DNA of 1,207 nt from assembly GCA_000004985.1 (NCBI GenBank), contig GG739501.1. One strand, given 5' to 3'. The first letter of the stretch is position 1, and each line of letters starts with the position of its first letter. Source of the stretch: Naegleria gruberi (taxonomy: Eukaryota). This document shows, one piece after another, positions 1 to 1,207 of this stretch. Both the position numbers and the translations under genes were made by a program. The notes below the pieces were generated by a model. It had not been told where the DNA came from. It searched no databases and worked only from the letters and a program-made list of their open reading frames with translations.

Positions 1-199
1 ATATTACTTTAAAGTTCGTGTGTTTAAGACTGTGTTATAGTCATGATGAATATCAATGATACTGAACTTTCGCATTCTTCCCAACCATAACATGTTAGTT
101 ACTTGGTGCTGATTCTAGGACTTAAACGAATAAACAACTCTCTAGTAATCATTATAACAACACAATAACCGCTAACAAACTCAATAGAAAATATAACAA

Positions 200-838
200 A
201 TGTCCAATAAGAAGCAAAGACAATTTAGCAAGCGTTTATTTAATAGTAAGGTAATGGATTTTTTAGAAGCAGCTGCTGTTGTTGAGGAGAGGGAGAAGAA
301 TGAAGCTGTTCACAAAGTACAACAGGAGCCAACTGTAGAAGAACCAAGGTTGAAAGGATTGAGAAGGTGGTTGTTGAAGAAAGGAAGGAAGAAACTCTTG
401 AAGCTTGTTGAAACTGTTTCCGAATCAGATGTTTCCAAAGAGAACAAAGAGAAGAGTGAAGATAACATAGTGGTTGCTGTTGTTTCTGAAGAGAAGGAAG
501 GAATTTCTTCCGCACAAGTTATTAAGCAAGATTATGCTGAAGAAATCCCATTATTTGTCGGTTCTTTAGATATTATGATGCATTTTATTGCGCAAGCCTT
601 CTCATCATTCCAAAAGAATATGATGAAGGAGATGAGAGAAGAAATGCAAAAGAATATAAAGGAGATGAAAGAAGAAATGCAAGAGCTAAAGAAAGATATG
701 AAAAAGGAAATCAAGGATGTTAAGAAAGACATAAATGACTTGAAAAAGGAGGTCAAGGATGTTAAGAAAGATGTGAGTGAGATAAAGAGGGATGTTAGGA
801 CTGTTAGAAAGATATTGATGAATTACAGAAAGATATGA
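200..838 (+). CDS. Hypothetical Lys/Glu/Met-rich coiled-coil repeat protein (212 aa). Basic N-terminal segment, central hydrophobic patch, C-terminal heptad/hendecad repeats. The C-terminus is probably truncated by a frameshift.
   Basis: This is the longest ORF in the window and has no internal stops. The ATG at 200 is the first in-frame ATG after the in-frame TAA at 194-196, and the next in-frame ATG is at 254. Codon choice is varied and position 3 looks coding-like from 200 to about 800. The translated C-terminal half has hydrophobic residues (M/I/V/L) spaced 3,4,4,3,4..., which is a coiled-coil signature. There is no Shine-Dalgarno motif upstream, consistent with a eukaryotic gene. The stop at 836-838 is suspect because coding-like repeats continue downstream in other frames. 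Confidence 0.55.
   Translation: MSNKKQRQFSKRLFNSKVMDFLEAAAVVEEREKNEAVHKVQQEPTVEEPRLKGLRRWLLKKGRKKLLKLVETVSESDVSKENKEKSEDNIVVAVVSEEKEGISSAQVIKQDYAEEIPLFVGSLDIMMHFIAQAFSSFQKNMMKEMREEMQKNIKEMKEEMQELKKDMKKEIKDVKKDINDLKKEVKDVKKDVSEIKRDVRTVRKILMNYRKI
626..691 (+). repeat. Two tandem 33-bp units encoding 11-aa units KEMREEMQKNI / KEMKEEMQELK. A third diverged copy lies at 879-911 in a different frame.
   Basis: Direct read: aaggagatgagagaagaaatgcaaaagaatata (626-658) followed by aaggagatgaaagaagaaatgcaagagctaaag (659-691). The core 'ggagatgaaagaagaaatg' recurs exactly at 881-899. Confidence 0.8.
711..796 (+). repeat. Two tandem 42-bp units encoding 14-aa units (two heptads each).
   Basis: The exact 19-nt string tcaaggatgttaagaaaga occurs at 711-729 and 753-771, an offset of 42. 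Flanking bases are diverged but alignable. The string agaaagatatgaa also recurs near 689-701, 827-839 and 857-869. Confidence 0.75.
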
Positions 839-885
839 AAGAAATGAATGAATTTAAGAAAGATATGAATGATTTAAGAAGGAGA
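808..885 (+). pseudogene. Out-of-frame continuation of the coiled-coil coding repeat in frame 1 (KDIDELQKDMKEMNEFKKDMNDLRRR), bounded by TAG 805-807 and TGA 886-888.
   Basis: The translation has the same K/D/E/M heptad-type motif as the upstream CDS (compare KKDINDLKKEV with KKDMNDL). It overlaps the last 10 codons of ORF 200..838, so it cannot be a separate exon. Deleting 1 bp in the a-run around 806-811 would fuse it in frame as ...RDVRTVRK-DIDELQKDMKEM.... Confidence 0.5.
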
Positions 886-986
886 TGAAAGAAGAAATGG
901 ATGGATTAAAGCAAGAATTGACTAATGTTGTTACTGGTTTGAATGAATTTAACAATGAGATGAGATTGGAGAAGTTAAATCTGAAC
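873..986 (+). pseudogene. Further continuation in frame 0 (FKKEMKEEMDGLKQELTNVVTGLNEFNNEMRLEKLNLN), bounded by TGA 870-872 and TGA 987-989.
   Basis: It contains a near-exact copy (879-911) of the 33-bp KEMKEEMQELK unit from 659-691, here read in frame 0. The two copies are 220 bp apart (220 mod 3 = 1), which proves a net frame slip between paralogous repeat units. The frame 1 to frame 0 switch must occur within 873-885. Confidence 0.5.
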
Positions 987-1036
987 TGAATAGGGTGAAC
1001 AAGAATGTTGACACCCTGTACCAACTCTTAGAGTAA
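959..1036 (+). pseudogene. Final continuation back in frame 2 (DEIGEVKSELNRVNKNVDTLYQLLE*), terminating at TAA 1034-1036. This is probably the ancestral C-terminus and stop.
   Basis: The coding-like, coiled-coil-like translation ends in a non-repetitive tail (VDTLYQLLE) and is followed by AT-rich non-coding-looking sequence. It is the same frame as ORF 200..838. The frame 0 to frame 2 switch coincides with the gagat-gagat 5-bp tandem duplication at 957-966. Confidence 0.5.
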
Positions 1037-1181
1037 TTATTAAGAGAAAAATATAATATTGTCCCTTAAAGATATGTCAATTTTCATTCAGAAAGAGACA
1101 ATTACAAGAAAAGGAGATGACCTAATTATTGAAATTGTTTGCAAACTTTAACTACTCAGTGGCTAATTATCAACACCATCC

Positions 1182-1187
1182 AATAAA
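1182..1187 (+). promoter_or_regulatory. Candidate poly(A) signal hexamer AATAAA in the 3' flank.
   Basis: An exact AATAAA lies about 145 nt downstream of the putative ancestral TAA (1034-1036) in AT-rich non-coding sequence. It is only meaningful if the locus is eukaryotic and transcribed, and the hexamer is common in AT-rich DNA. Confidence 0.2.
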
Positions 1188-1207
1188 AACATATTGCTGA
1201 TATGTAT

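Noticed and set aside
43-90. Short upstream ORF (MMNINDTELSHSSQP*) in the 5' flank.
   Set aside because: It is 15 codons long and its composition is not coding-like. It is not known whether transcription starts upstream of it. ORFs of this size are expected by chance in about 200 nt of AT-rich DNA. At most it would be a uORF if the 5' UTR is long.
240-515. Reverse-strand ORF of 91 aa (MRKKFLPSLQKQQQPLCYLHSS...).
   Set aside because: It lies entirely antisense to the well-supported + strand CDS. Its composition (poly-Q/L/S) is what antisense translation of GAA/AAG/CTT-rich coding DNA produces. It has no independent start context or repeat-independent signal, so it is a shadow ORF.
532-756. 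Reverse-strand ORF of 74 aa (MTSFFKSFMSFLTSLISFFISFF...).
   Set aside because: This F/S/I-rich low-complexity peptide is simply the antisense reading of the K/E/M-rich tandem repeat region, so it is a shadow ORF.
773-807. Intron-like segment: the consensus-looking donor GTGAGT (gat|gtgagt, 773-778) and the acceptor-like ctgttAG (802-807) define a 35-nt interval. Splicing it out would join ...VKKD directly to the frame-1 continuation KDIDELQKDMKEM.... This would explain the first frame change without a mutation.
   Set aside because: Thirty-five nt is far below the minimum intron size of plants and most eukaryotes with this codon usage. The interval reads through in frame 2 as VSEIKRDVRTVR, continuing the heptad pattern, and it is part of the 42-bp coding tandem repeat (755-796). 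The other two frame changes (873-885 and 957-966) have no room for any intron. The GTGAGT is most simply the codons gat-gtg-agt-gag.
806-888. Programmed -1 ribosomal frameshifting as an explanation for the frame changes.
   Set aside because: There is no X XXY YYZ slippery heptamer at either the 806-811 or 873-885 junction and no obvious downstream structure. Three consecutive programmed shifts within 180 nt are without precedent. Indels in a slippage-prone tandem repeat are far more parsimonious.
1-1207. Prokaryotic accessory or defence-type content (CRISPR repeats, IS or transposon inverted repeats, toxin-antitoxin pairs, tRNA or other RNA genes).
   Set aside because: I found none. There are no regularly spaced direct repeats with unique spacers. 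No terminal inverted repeats flank an ORF. There are no small adjacent ORF pairs and no cloverleaf-capable tRNA-like segment. The only repeats are in-frame coding tandem units of one gene.

Overview
The window is AT-rich and holds one plausible gene on the + strand, ORF 200..838 (212 aa). It has no Shine-Dalgarno motif upstream, and its codon usage (AGA/AGG Arg, TTG Leu, GGA Gly, CAA Gln) looks eukaryotic, most like a plant, rather than bacterial. This origin call is inference from sequence only. The protein has a basic N-terminal stretch, a short hydrophobic patch and a long K/E/D/M-rich C-terminal part with a 3-4-spaced hydrophobic pattern typical of a coiled coil. At the DNA level this part is made of tandem 33-bp and 42-bp repeat units. 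The most notable observation is what happens after the annotated stop at 836-838. The same repeat-type coding signal continues for about 200 bp, read successively in frame 1 (808-885), frame 0 (873-986) and frame 2 (959-1033), and ends at TAA 1034-1036. That is three consecutive -1 shifts that return to the original frame. The third shift coincides with a perfect 5-bp tandem duplication, gagat-gagat. The 212-aa ORF is therefore probably a truncated version of a longer (about 275-280 aa) coiled-coil protein. The cause could be real indels (young pseudogene or truncation allele) or sequence errors. Bases 1-199 and 1037-1207 look non-coding (leader and 3' flank with an AATAAA). I see no RNA genes, CRISPR repeats, mobile-element termini or prokaryotic defence-system signatures. 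Both reverse-strand ORFs are shadow ORFs of the low-complexity repeat.
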